A stretch of DNA of 64,000 bases from Podarcis tiliguerta (Eukaryota). The translations under genes were made by a program, and so were the position numbers. The notes under the pieces are model-generated. The model saw nothing but the letters and a program-made list of their open reading frames with translations, did not search any database and had not been told where the DNA came from. Positions 13,201-29,632 of this stretch are shown here, piece after piece. How positions within the stretch are numbered: position 1 is the first letter of the stretch; every line of letters starts with the position of its first letter. The DNA lies in assembly GCA_965153285.1 (NCBI GenBank), contig OZ229129.1; one strand, written 5' to 3'.

Positions 13201-16200
13201 AATCGAGTGCAACCCATTGTTTTAAATGATTTATGACCTGTTGGATATTTTTATATTTTTGTAAGTTGCTTCTGAGACATTTTTTGTAGAAAGTAATGAA
13301 TAAATGCAATTAATAATAATATTTACCTCACACTTCCCCCCCTTTGTGTGCACATGCAAAAATCATGCTACAAAATGAAGAAAAAAAAGATATTAAGGCT
13401 GCAATCTTGTGCCTCCTAGGGCTTACGTGCCTGGGATTTGTGTTGTAAAAGCATAAATAATCTTCATAAAATAGGAATATTTTTAAGACTTCTAAAAAAG
13501 AAGTTAAAAGTCATGTAGCGACAGCCAAAGCACCATTGAAACAAAGTTTTCAATAAATGAAAGAAAAGGCTCTGTCATGGGTACCTTTGTAGCTGATTTT
13601 CCCAAATGGGACAAGGAGCAGAACCTGCAATTTGGTTCTTTCTTTCTTGTTTACAAAAAAAGTTCAGTGGGACACGTTAAACATAACTACATTGGATGCA
13701 AAATACCACTTATATGTTGACAAAATTCAGAGAGATTAAACCTGAACCAGTGGGTTCAAATTGGAAGAAAAATTATTTAGACTGGGGATGGGAAACCTCT
13801 GGCGCTCTGGGTAGTGTGGGTCTCCAGTTTCCACCAGCCCCTGCCAGCCCAGACAGTAACCAGGGATGATGATCATTGTAGTCCAATAACAGCTGTAGAC
13901 TAGTTTCCCGTCTCTGACATAAACACTAGGAAAAACCCTGATGTTACAATCTGTTGGGCAGTGAGACAGACTGTAAGCGGAGGTTTGATGGACATCTATC
14001 AGACTCCCTGTATGTAGTACTACATTTACGAAGTGTTAGATTAGAGATTCCTTCAAGCTCAATGGCTCTATGAGATCCTTTGCATGTAAAGTGTGTGCTC
14101 TGCACCAGGCTACAGCCTTTCAAGGACCAGTTTCTATATTTAAAGTTGCAAACTTGGAGCTATACACAGCCCTTTAATATGCATGTGAGTACATGGTGTG
14201 CGCTTGCAGCGGAGGAGGTTGCCTAGCACTGGAACACATTCAGCTCTTGATCTTCATGCTTTTTCATCATTTATGCTAATGTGCAGAGCAGACACAGTGC
14301 CGAGAGGTGGAGCCCCTCCCTGCCCTGAGATTCAGCTGCCAGGATTCACTTGGGTTGCCCAGGCTGCTCGGGAGTCCTGCCTGCGGCAGACAATAAGGTG
14401 CTTTCAGGCTGAGCCACTGGCTTCCTGTCAAAGAACCGCACACTTTGCTTTGGGGGCTGCAGCTCTGCTATTGCACTTGACTGGCTGTGTTGTGCAGGGA
14501 TCTCCTTTTGCAGTGGCTGGAAAATCTCTGAGCATCTGGTATTGCTGTGTAAGGTGTGGGCCTTGGCATGTTTGTGGGGCAGGAAAGAGGCTCTCGCCAC
14601 ACATCAGCTTAAGTTACTTACTATTATTATTGTATATTATTATTTGATACCCACATTTTGCCTGACGTTACACAAGGCAACTTACAGATATATAACAAGA
14701 AGGGTTAAAAACATAGAAAAGACCATAATTAAAAACAACTAAACAATAAAATAAAAAATGTATACATATATAAAATCTATTAAAACCATATCAATATTTG
14801 CAATAAAAACAGCACAGCACCAGACCTTTCATTAAAAGCAGTCAATTCCCCCAAGCCTGTTGAAACAAGAAGGTACCCTGCTGGCAGAAGGACAGCAAGG
14901 AGAGAGCCAGTCCAGCTTCTCTAGGGAGGGAGTACCAAAGTCTGGGAGCAGACACCAAGGATGCCGTTTCCCACGTTTGTACCAAGCATGCCTGTGAGGG
15001 TGGTGGGACCGAGGGCCTCACTACTACTACTGCTGCCATCACCATATCGAAAGTCATTCAGAGCTGGGTTGGATCCTGTAACATTCCAACCTTTTACCAT
15101 AGCTTCCGCCCTTGCTTTTGCCCTACTTGGGAGACTGCTTGGTTTGCCCCATGCATAGGGATTCTGTGGCCCTCCTGATGTTATTGGACTCCCCATCAAC
15201 TTAATAGACAGGGGTGGTAACAGCTGTAGTCCAACAGCATCTAGAGGGCCACAGGTAAGTATTTATTTATTAATCTGTGGATTAATGTTGCAAGGTGATT
15301 TGTAGACACATTCTTAAAACCGGTTTAAATAATTTTAAAAGCAGTAGAACAACTGTGTATAGGTTTAAAATCAACACAGGATGAACACGTAGGCAGAGAC
15401 CTTTTCCTCTTGTTGAAACAAAGATGAAAACAAACAGTCTTCAATTGTTTCTGGAAAGTACAGGTAGCAGGTGCCTGACATATTATTATTTTTATTATTT
15501 ATTCAACTTATACACCGTCCTATACCCGGAGGTCTCAGAGCAGTTCACAACATATCTCAAGAGGAAAACTCAGGAAGCTAGTGGGGTGCCCACTATCTGG
15601 TTCCCCATTCCTGGTTTACACATATAAAATCGCTGGCACCACCAATCCATTTCTTCCTTCATAACTTTCCTTGGAGTCAATCTTCTGCTTTATTCCCTGA
15701 AAGTCCTCATCCCCAGTTGAAACAAAGCCTACATGTGGTAGAGTTTGATAATATTCATTCCTTGTTATTCTTGACTCTTCCTTCTTCCCTCTCTGTTGAA
15801 ATTTAGGCTGTGAGCTCCTTTGAGAAAGGACATGGCTCTCTTCCTGCCCCACTCCCCAAATATGTTACTCCTTAGAAGTGCCATGGCATTATAAACCATA
15901 AATCCCCCTTATCTAGCTGGGGAGGGGGCAGGAGTTTGTGTCCAGTGTTCATCATTACTAGCTTCCTTACAGTACATGTAAAGTACCTTCTTTACAGTTC
16001 CAAACTACTATATGGTTTGGATCATTATATGGTAAACGTTTAAACATCTCCTTGCTTGGATTTCTTACCACTTTTCCTCCTGTGGAAACAGCTACACCTT
16101 GAATGTTGGGCAGCCACATTTTCTCTCTCTTTCCCCGGAGACTATTTGATTATCCGTGGCAATGAGATTAAAAAGATTTCAATCCAGCCTTCTGTGCACT

Positions 16201-17684
16201 TAACCATCTCCCGCTTCATTCAATTATGAAGACATGGGGGAGGCTGTTGCTCTGGCAACGGGGACTAGATGGCTGGGGGCAGCTGATGTCCTTTTCTGCT
16301 GCTGGACAACACCTTCACCTAATGTGACTGTAGTGATCTGTTCCCCATAAAAATGTCCAGTTGCCAATTAGAGGGGAAAGTTTCCATGCATTTGACTTTT
16401 GAGTTGATGTAATTTAAAATAGGGCTGTAGCACAATTAAACCTGTGACAACAAAGTTATCTTTGTAGATGTTTGTGGATAGCTCCTGCAGTTCCCAAGCA
16501 GATATTTGATAAAAAGCATGTCCATTTTTGCTTATTCCTGCTCCCTGTTGTGTCATAGAATTGTGGGTCTGGCTACAAGGTGACCAGGTTCCCTTTGGTC
16601 CTCTATGTGTCTGTGCAGTGTAGGATGGTGCTCATTGGGCCTGGTGGGCCAATGTTATGAAGAACATCAGTAGGTGGAGCCTGAATCACTGACAGGCAGA
16701 GTGAATTTTAGTCCAGCGTTCTCCCACCTGCTGAGTTCTACAAGGGCAACACTGAGACTAAGAGGAGGAGTCTGGGCTGGATGTAAGTAACGAGGCAGGC
16801 TGGGGCTGGCAGAGGGTAGACTGAGTTTGGTGGGGCAGTCCCATGTTTGCTCTACTATGTCTATGGCAGCCTTGGAAATTATTATAGAATAGTTCCTGGC
16901 CTGCTACATGCTTTTATGTAGCCTCCGGCACCCCTTCCTTCTCCAGTTCTTAAATGCCAGTTCCTTCTGCCAAGCTGCTAAGGGACTCTTCCATGGGATC
17001 GTTGCCCTTCACAGCTGGGAGAGCTGAATGGGATAGCCTTGTACTGCTCTGTCCATTATAGTATTGGTCAGGGGTTGGCAACCTAAGGCCCATGGGGGCC
17101 GTTTAACTGACCCACGAGCCACCCCTGAACCGAGCCACTACTGGTTCATGGCCTGATCTAAAGCAGGCTGTAGCAGCATCACCATATGGGGGGGGGGGAG
17201 AAAAAGAACTGGGTCCCCAAATGTATGCTTGAGTTAAAGTTTGGTCCCAGGTCTGTAAAGGTTGAAGACTACTGCTGCAGGTGACTTTGGGCCACGCACC
17301 AACTTTCAGCCTAACCTCAGAGTGGTTGTGAGATACAGTGGAGCAGAGGGGGAAAATGATGGAATATAAATAAAAAGCACTTTTAATGAATGCACTTCTG
17401 TATATACATGTTAGCTGTTCTTGCATTGCGCAATCTTCCAGAACTGATTTCCATATCCTTATGAGGTCTGGAAACTTGATTTTCCAAAAAAAACTAAAAG
17501 AGTAATGAACATTCCAGTGTTTATGTAGAATATCCATAGGCTTGGTGTAAGGGCCAAGTTTCTTAAGATTAGCTACAGGCATGCCTCTTCCTCTAGAGGT
17601 ACTTTATTCTTAATTTCTTCTATTTTGTGTGTGTTTTCCAGGCTTCTACAGCATCCCCTGCCCTCTATTTCCTTGGGGGTCAAA

Positions 17685-21104
<3,420 letters not shown>

Positions 21105-21299
21105 CACCAGGCAATGGGTCCAGGCCTTTCCCTACAGCCTCTGGCAGGGACCAGGTGCAGCCCCAGTCTTACTGGAAACCAGGCCAAGAACATCCCATGT
21201 GATGCTCCCCCCCCAAAACTCTCTGGGGATGAAACCTGTGCCTCTCACTCCCCCCTCCCCCCATTTCCCCCTCCTTCCCAATAAGCATGGGCTCCTGAC

Positions 21300-21477
21300 C
21301 ATAGCTGTCAACCTTCCCCTTTTTTGTGGGAAATTCCCTTATTCCAGCGCCGCTTCCCGCTGCTATTCCGGATTGTTAGATATCCCGTAGACTGTCCCCA
21401 GGCCAGGTGAGGCTGCTGATCTTTTATTGTCGAGGCTGCTGATCCTGTATTTTCAAATCTGAAAGTTGACAGCTATG
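21300..21477. mobile_element. hAT MITE in SLC31A1 3'UTR
   Basis: Perfect 13-bp TIR CATAGCTGTCAAC/GTTGACAGCTATG and perfect 8-bp TSD CTCCTGAC (21292-21299 and 21478-21485). Confidence 0.9.
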
Positions 21478-21827
21478 CTCCTGACTGGTGGAAAGAGTGC
21501 TGATCGCCAGCTAAGATAGCCTGCTTAGGATGGTTGGGTTTATATGCTAGATACAATTAGTGTGCTTGATTGTACTTTTTTGTTTTTAGACTGTACCATG
21601 ATTGAAAATAGCTGGCAAGCTGACAGGAAAATTATTCCATGTTCTTTTAATAATACTTTTAAGTAGCATATGCTCTATTGTTATTTTTTACTCAAATCAG
21701 TGGTAGCAGAAATGTACAGAGAGCTTCAGTCATTGTGCCAGTACTTCTTTCTGGTAATATAATAGAGGCCTGTGCCTATTGCTTGGAGGCTCTTGATCAC
21801 TTGTTTCCTCAATGTTTGAGTCTAGTA

Positions 21828-22090
21828 CAGTGGTACCTCGCAAGACGAATGCCTCGGAAGACGAAAAACTCGCAAGACGAAAGAGTTTTTCATTTTCTGA
21901 GTTGCTTCGCAAGACGGATTTCCCTATGGGCTTGCTTCGCAAGACGAAACGTCTTGCGCCTTTTTTAAAAAACCGCCAATGCATTCCTACGGGAAACCGT
22001 CAATACGCAGTGGTGCTTCGCAAGACGAAAAAACTCGTAGAACGAAAAAACTCACAGAACGAATTAATTTCATCTTGTGAGGCACCACTC
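21828..22090. mobile_element. Tigger/mariner-like MITE with internal CGCAAGACGAA repeats
   Basis: TA|CAGTGGTACCTCGCAAGAC...GAGGCACCACTC|TA. Same family as 55869-56124, in the opposite orientation. Confidence 0.85.
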
Positions 22091-24236
22091 TATTGTGCTC
22101 TTCTCCCAAACCCCCAAGCCAAGCAGTTTATGCCCCCCTGGTTTGGGGCAGCCTGTTGCCTCTGGTCCAGGAACTGCTGCAGCACCTGCTTTTCAGAACA
22201 GCAGTGGGCCTCTACACATCAGCCAAGGGTAATAGGCCAACTGCTAAGAACAACACATAGCTCATGTGCAACTGGGACCTGCTGATTTAATGATGGGATG
22301 TGCAAAAATGAATGCAAATGAAACCAGTTTTAGAAGTAGCAAGTTCTATTTTAAATAAACTGATGGAACAAAACACTGGCTTTGTTTCGACTTTTGGGTA
22401 GGAAGAGTGTCTGTCTTATACAAACGGTTTGCATATTGATCCACAAGATTGGAACTCCCTCAGACCAGGTTGGAGTTGGGAAATCTTTAGGCAGTTTCTG
22501 CTCCAGCAATCTATCTGTTGTTCTTTTTTGAGGAAGGAGTGGTGGGTGGGTTTCTCTCCTCCTGGTACATTTCTGCAATGGCTTTTGTCTATTTCCCAGC
22601 CCCTTTAAGATAAAGACCAGCACAGGAGTTGCCAGGGAGCACACACAAACCTATTACCCACTCCAGAAGATACTGAACTACAACTTCCATCATCCTCCCT
22701 AGCTATTGGCTGATGGGTGTTAGAGTTTAGCAGCAACTGAAGGGCCAAAGGTTCCCCACACCTGTGTTAATTCATTTACAGGTAGGCATCTCAGTTTGCA
22801 GTTTCAAGCAGCAAGCTAGCTAGGGATCAATGTCCTTGACTGTCTAAATCATCACAAGAAACTTAGTTTCCCGCCTAAGAACACTACTGGTTTTCCCTGA
22901 AGTAATACTATCCCAGAACTAAAGTGCAGGTTGTGCCGGTGATTCCTGGTATGTTCTAGATCTAGCCCCAAAATAATAGTGCATGTCTCAGGATGCTGAA
23001 AAAATATATTTTTTATTTTCAAAGCAACCCTGTGACTTTTGCCTTTCTTGCACTTCTTTTCTAATGTATGTTTAGGGCATAACCTAATTTATTTAAGAAA
23101 GATGGTGAAGACCACCTGAGTGTTGTTTTCTGGAAAAGTGGTACCTTACACTATTAGCACAGGGCTATCCAAAATGAAATTTTATAATTGTGAACTGCTT
23201 TATATACCCAAAAATCCCAGTAGAAATACCATAACCCCATCCCAAAAAGTCCACTATGTCATAGAATCATAGAATTGTAGAGTTGTCCCCCTTGTGTTTT
23301 GATCAGTCCTGGAGCAAACAAAGAATTCAGCAACCAATAGAGCTGTGTGTCTGCCCCAAAGTCAGGTGTGGAGAAACTTTGGCCTGCCAGATGTTGCTGA
23401 ACTACATCTCTCATCTCTGGCTGTTAGCTGTTAGCAATGCTCGTTGCCTGGACTGATGGGAGTTGTATTTCAAGACATCTGGAGGGCCAAAGGTTCCCCC
23501 ACACCTGCCCTAAGCCCATCAGCAGTACAATGTAAGAAATTTTTCCTGGAAGGGTTACAGGGCTCTGTTGATGTCATTCAGGGCATACCTACCTTCCCCA
23601 AAAGGAACAAATGTGAAGAACCAATTATCTGTTTTAATGTCATGCAAGAGGCTACTTTCTTAGGTAGGAAGGACGACCTGGAGGCTGCAGTTGGGGAATC
23701 AGTGACCTATGTTGCATGCCACTGCTCACTTGATGACCCTTAATATACAGATTCAAAAGCTGCCTTGTAGCAGACCACACAAATACAACTAGAGCTAATG
23801 AAGGATGTGCTGATTAATACACAGCCAGTAGGGCCTCGGTGGGTTTATTCACAAGGAACAAGGAAGTCTGCAAGAAAAACATCTCATGAGGAACTGGGCC
23901 AGTTTTCCCTTCAATACAACAAACAATAGTTTAAGTTTGATGTAGAGTACCTTTGGCCCTCCAGATGTTGCTGAACTACAACTCCCATCATTCCCGGCTG
24001 TTGACCATGCTTGCTGAGGCTGATGGGCATTGTAGTTCAGGAACTTCTGGAAGGCCATAGGTGTAGCTGGAAGTGCCAAACAGCATCAAACTGAAATAAC
24101 TGACACAGAAGCAGAATGGGACTTTAACCAGCATTAGTTTGTCCTCCATTAAAAGGTATGTAGCAAACAGGCTCCTCTCACTACCTCATTCCCCTGCAGC
24201 AGGTATTCACATAGGCATTTCTACCTCTGTAGGTTA

Positions 24237-24582
24237 GGGATGTGGGTGGCGCTGTGGTCTAAACCACAGAGCCTAGGGCTTGCTGATCAGAAGGTCGGCA
24301 GTTCGAATCCCCACAACAGCGTGAACTCCCATTGCTTGGTTCCTGCTCCTACCAACTTAGCAGTTTGAAAGCACATCAAAGTGCAAGTAGATAAATAGGT
24401 ACTGCTCCGGTTGGAAGGTAAACGGTGTTTCCATGTGCTGCTCTGGTTCCTCATGCTGGCCACAGGACCCAGAAGCTGTCTGCGGACAAACGCTGGCTCC
24501 CTTGGCCAGTAAAATGAGATGAGTGCTGCAACTCCAGAGTCATCCGCAACTGGACTTAATGGTCAGCGGTCCCTTTACCTTT
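24237..24582 (+). mobile_element. Sauria SINE
   Basis: tRNA-like head (GGTGGCGCTGTGG...GTTCGAATCCC), core aagtgcaagtagataaataggtac, and (ACCTTT)n tail. Confidence 0.9.
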
Positions 24583-26856
24583 ATCTAGAGGTTATCTAGC
24601 TAACAGCCACCAATTACTTTATTGGCTATAAATTTGACCAATCTCCCATTAAAGGCATCAAACCAGTGGTCGTTGCCACATCCTGTGTCAGTGAATTCCA
24701 TAAACTAATTTAGATGTTCATTGTTTTGGGTACGTCTTGAATCTGTTGCCATTGATGTAGTAAAGCATTGCGTAGCAGATGAGGGTCCCTGTACATACTT
24801 CTTGTTGGAACTACAGCTGCCAGCATCCCTGGTCATTGGCCATGCTGGCTAGGGCTGTTGGGATTTCACAACGTCCACAGAGGGTCACCATTTGGCTACC
24901 CCTGTCTCCAGAAGCCCTTTGGGCAAGTTTATTGGAAGCTAAAAATGAAAGCAGTGTATCATTTAACTCTTGGTCATTCAATATGTTATGATGTTGCTTA
25001 GCATATAATAAGAGAGGCTTTATTTAAATAATTGCCTAAACTCTTCCTTGCAACCACATTCATGGTCCTAAATGAAATGAAACAGCTCCTCTGTAGGGGA
25101 ACACTTAAGACTGAAGGTCTATACCTCCATTACCAGTAAGGAAAATATTTTGGACTGATTTCTTTGGCATAATTTCTTTAGAAGGCATGTGCAACCCTTC
25201 TTGAGCAGGCTTGGCTTTCAGTCCCTGCATATAAAAATGATACCCACTTTTCTGCTTTAGACTTCTGCAAAAATTGACTTTGGAGGCAACAACAGAGTAG
25301 AATTTAGATAGCCATTTGCTTCAAGTGGTCTTTTTTTTTTTTGTAAATTGCTTTGAGTGTGGGTGGTTCTTTTCATCCAAGATCACTACATGCCCCAAAT
25401 GAATAATACTGTGTAAGTAAAGTTAGTAACTTTATAAAGTGAGATGTAAGGTTATTACAGAATTTCTGCATGCAGTCTGTCTTTAGCATGAAGCAAACAA
25501 ACTGTGTCCTAGTTTAAATGTCACAGTCAAATGGCTTCCCCGGGTCTATGCTGTGTTTTATGTGTTTTTAACATTTCACTATACACTAAGTCATTTGAAA
25601 AGGTGAAAGTCTATAGTAGATGGTAGGTAACTGAGCTATGTGTAAGCAGCATCCAACCTCTGAATCATCTCTTTACAGGCAAGATGCTCATACTAGAGTA
25701 CAGGGATGGGAAACCTTTGGGCCCACCAGGTACTGCTGCACAAAAGTTCCCATCATTTCTGACCAGGGGCTGTGCTGCTGATGGGAGCTGGAGTCCCAAC
25801 ATCTGCAAGGCCACAGATTTCCCCACCTCTGCCCTAATGATAGTATCAGTGTGCTCCCAGCTTTAGGAGACCTAAACTTTCATTTTATATAGATGGGAGG
25901 AAACCAGTCTCTTCTAGTGTGCCTAATCTTGGCTTATATCTTATGTATAACTGGAAGTAAAACAAAACAGGCAATTTGAATCTTATGTGCATTTAACATG
26001 TGATTTCAGCAATATGTGCTTGGCGGCAGCTACATTCCAGCCTTTTTCTTCTGCCTGCTTCTGTTTCTCTACTTGCTTCCCGCCATCGGTCCACAAACCT
26101 ATTTCTGCCCAGGCAAGTACTGCTTGGCATGTTCTGTGAATGGGGTGCCTTTGGTGGAAGTGTGGTAGCTCTGAGAGTGAAGATCCACAATGTTCTCATG
26201 AGAAGTTGCAAGAAAGGCTTTTCATGGGTGTACTTGAGGCCTCCAGCTTCCTCCCACCTCCGAGCCTTCAACTTGCCAGTTGCCCCCTTTGAACAGTCAT
26301 GGCTTCTCAAAAAATCCTGTGAACCTCAGTTAAGGGTACTGAGAGTTGCTAGGAGACCCCCTTTTCACCTCACAGAGTTACAACTCCCAAAGTTCCCATG
26401 CTAAAAGGATTGACTGTTAAACCACTCAGGGAATTGTAGCTATTAGAGGACTAGGGGTTTCCTAACAACTGCAGCACCCATAACAAATTGAATTTCCCAA
26501 GATTCTTTGGGGAAATCATGACTGCTTAAAGCAATGCGATATTGCTTTAAACATATGGTGCAGTTGGGGCCTCATTTTACTTGCTAAAGAATTGTGTCGC
26601 TGGTGCTGTATACCTCACTGTGCCCAATAAACAATGGTGCCTTTCAATGTATTTTCAGACTTGTCTCTCTCTTCTAGCAAAATATTCTATGGCAGATGTA
26701 CATTAAATCCAGTTTGAGATTGCCCATCTGATAACATTATATAAGTACAGATGAACAGTCTGTGTATGTAACTAATAAAGCAGAATGTATCATATAGAAA
26801 TTATGGATGTGTGTGGAATGTTTCAAAGCACCTAGCAGTACCACGAAGCTAGTGTC

Positions 26857-27229
26857 CGTTGGGATACTGCCAGGGAGACAAAGTCCATCATGACTCCACG
26901 TCGTCTCCGGACGTCCATCGATCTCCCGTAGACACGCAGTATCAGCAATTAGCGACACGAGCTCCAGAAATAGCTTGCCACATTCCAGAGCTGATGCACA
27001 CTCTATCAGCAGAATTCACACAGCGAAAGATGCACGCAGGAGAGCATTATTTACAAGTTTATTCAGCGTTGGTCAGAACAAAGAAAACATGACTGTCTGC
27101 TTTGGTGTCTCAGGCACAGAGAGAAAATGAAAGCATAGACACAACAGAAACATCCTGTGAACAGGAAATGCGCAGGCTATGACACAAACATCCTGCTCCC
27201 TTTTAAGGTGGCACGGAAATATCCTAACA
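26857..27229 (-). mobile_element. Solo LTR (about 373 bp)
   Basis: Ends (C)GTTGGGATA...TATCCTAACA form an inverted repeat. 5-bp TSD GTGTC (26852-26856 and 27230-27234). Minus-strand AATAAA at about 27063-27058. Confidence 0.75.
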
Positions 27230-27585
27230 GTGTCTTTATTTTATTTTTTAGGCCAGCATCTTTCATGCATTTCGGTGTCAAAACATTTTTTGAACCATGT
27301 GCAGGAGATAGATTTTGATGATGCCTCCTTATATATACTGGCCACATTCACAAAACACATTTAAAACACTATTGTTTTAAATAGTCATGGCTTCCCTCAA
27401 AGAATCCTGAGAACTGATTTGCTAAGAGGGCTGAGAACCCCTTTTCTGCTTCCAGAGCGGTTTATCAATCCCAGGGAACTCTGGGAATTGTAGCTCTGTG
27501 AGACTAGTGGGTCTTCTAACCACTCTCAGCACCCTTTGGTGGGAGCAGTGGTTGAGACAAGAGAGCAGGCAGAGCTCCAGGCAAC

Positions 27586-27852
27586 ATGACCACCAGTCAG
27601 AAGCATCAGGACTTCGTGGCAGAGCCCATAGGGGACAAGTCTCTTGGTACTTTAGTTGGCATTGGAGATGTACTTGGCAGGAAGCTGGAAGACAAAAACT
27701 TTGACAAGGCGTATGTGGTTCTGGGACAGTTCTTAGTGCTGAAGGACAAGGACCTCTTCCGCGAGTGGCTGAAGAACATGTGCATTGCCAACGCCAAGCA
27801 ATCCAGAGACTGTTATGGCTGCTTGAAGGGATGGTGTGATGCTTTCTTGTGA
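27586..27852 (+). pseudogene. BANF1: Processed (intronless) BANF1/BAF retrocopy with open 88-aa ORF; retrogene or young pseudogene
   Basis: [18 protein letters not shown]...[12 protein letters not shown]...WCDAFL is clearly BAF. There is no intron in the CDS. The insert 27537-28368 is flanked by a 15-bp direct repeat ACTCTCAGCACCCTT (27522-27536 and 28369-28383) and interrupts an older repeat. Confidence 0.9.
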
Positions 27853-29632
27853 CTGTTGGCCAAAGCCTGGTGGATGCTGTGAGGGCTTTTGTAGTTGAAT
27901 AGAGATTGTTTCTCTCCATCTCTCTCAGCACCTACTTCTTATAAACCTTCCAGCATCTACACAGGTTGCTGAGGCCTATTGCTCCCAACACTGGGGTGGG
28001 GTGGAGGGGAGCCATGGCTGCCTTTTAATGTAACTGAATCTTTTTTCCTCCAGGGAGAGGACTGAGAAACATCAAATGTTCTAAACATCAAGTAGGTCGT
28101 TGTTTTTTACATGGCTTTAATAGAAACCTCCCTCACTGTTAGGCCACCCAACTCCAGAACCAGACCTGCCTGCTAACAATAATAGAAGTTTCCCTGCTCC
28201 CTTTGTTTGAGCTCGTTAGACTGAGATTTACCCGTCAATTCTGAAGACAAAAGATGTTATTAGGATTATTGTTTTTGTGATTTCTCTCCAGTGTTTGATC
28301 CCCGCTATAATTTTTATGCTACTCAGTTTATTGGCAAGAACCAAAAATCAGCTGTGTTTACTAAAACAACTCTCAGCACCCTTAACAAACTGCAGCTCCC
28401 AGAATTCTTTGCAGAAAACCATTAGCAGCTATCACTTGTTCTAATCAGTAAACCCAATTAAACTAATGGACCCAAGTTAGTCTCATTCATTAATTTCAGT
28501 GGATCTACTCTGAGTAGGACTAGCATTGGCTATAGCCTACTGCTTATGAATGGATCACACAGAATTCAAGCACAAAAGGCAGGAGCAGATTTTATTGCAA
28601 CCCATGGACTTATAAGGCAGCCTCTTGTGGCATACTGTTTTGCAGGAAGATTAATTTGTCAGTATGCAGCAGCTTTAGAGAGAATGCCTACTTCCCAAGA
28701 CAAAAGGGGGAGGGGGAGATTCTCAAATACTAACACCTCCTGCATCTTTGGAGCATCTCTGTAGCAAGTAGATCTTGGTACCTTGTTTCACCCCGCAAAT
28801 AAAAGCATATTGGTCATAACCGTGGTCAACTCCATCTTTGTGTGAGAAAGATGAGGAATATAGTGTGATTGCCCCCCAAATCAATTTTGCTTCAAAGTCA
28901 GACTTTTTGTCCACCTAACTCAGTTCAGTCCACTCTAAAGCAGGCGAAATTCTGCCACTGTCCACCAGACAATGGTGAACTCCTAATTCCTATCAATGTC
29001 AGCCAGCCTATTTCAATGGTCAGGGAGGATGAGAGCTAGGATTCAGCACCGTCTGGAGGACCACAGCTTCCGCACTCCTTGTCTACTCCAGGGATACAGG
29101 CAGCAAATGGTCATTTCCCAGGCTGGCAACTCAGAAGCATTTTTAACTGGCAATGTCAGCAGTTCAGCCTGGGACCACCTGCATATCCAGTCTGTGCTCT
29201 TCCGCTAATAATCTAGGGCCTCTCAGTTGTAAATAAACCCACTCTAAAACCACCTCAAAGTAAAAAAATAAAAATTGCTCAATTTCACTTCTGTTACGGC
29301 ACCCGTCAGCAAGGCTCAAGGTCTCTTTCATAAGTAAAAATGCCCATCTATGTTTATACAATGAAGCATGCAAAGTTAAAAACAAACATTTTATTAAGCA
29401 CGGCAGCCTAGCAAGGTTGCACAAAAGAAACCATCAAGTAAGAGACCCCATCTTTGTAGGGAAAGCAAGACTTGCTCTGCTTGGAGGAGGAACTCCCGTT
29501 TAAAACCTAGAGGAGAGAAGCTCAGTCTCTTCTGCTATTTCTAAACAGAGTTTGTTGGGCTTCTGAAACAAATTCCTGCTTTCTTCCGAAGCTCACAGGT
29601 ACCAGGCACTGCCACTGTCCACCCTTTGGGCT

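Noticed and set aside
21828-22090. Regularly spaced CGCAAGACGAA repeats resembling a CRISPR array
   Set aside because: Eukaryotic DNA; the repeats are internal to a TA-flanked MITE that recurs at 55869.
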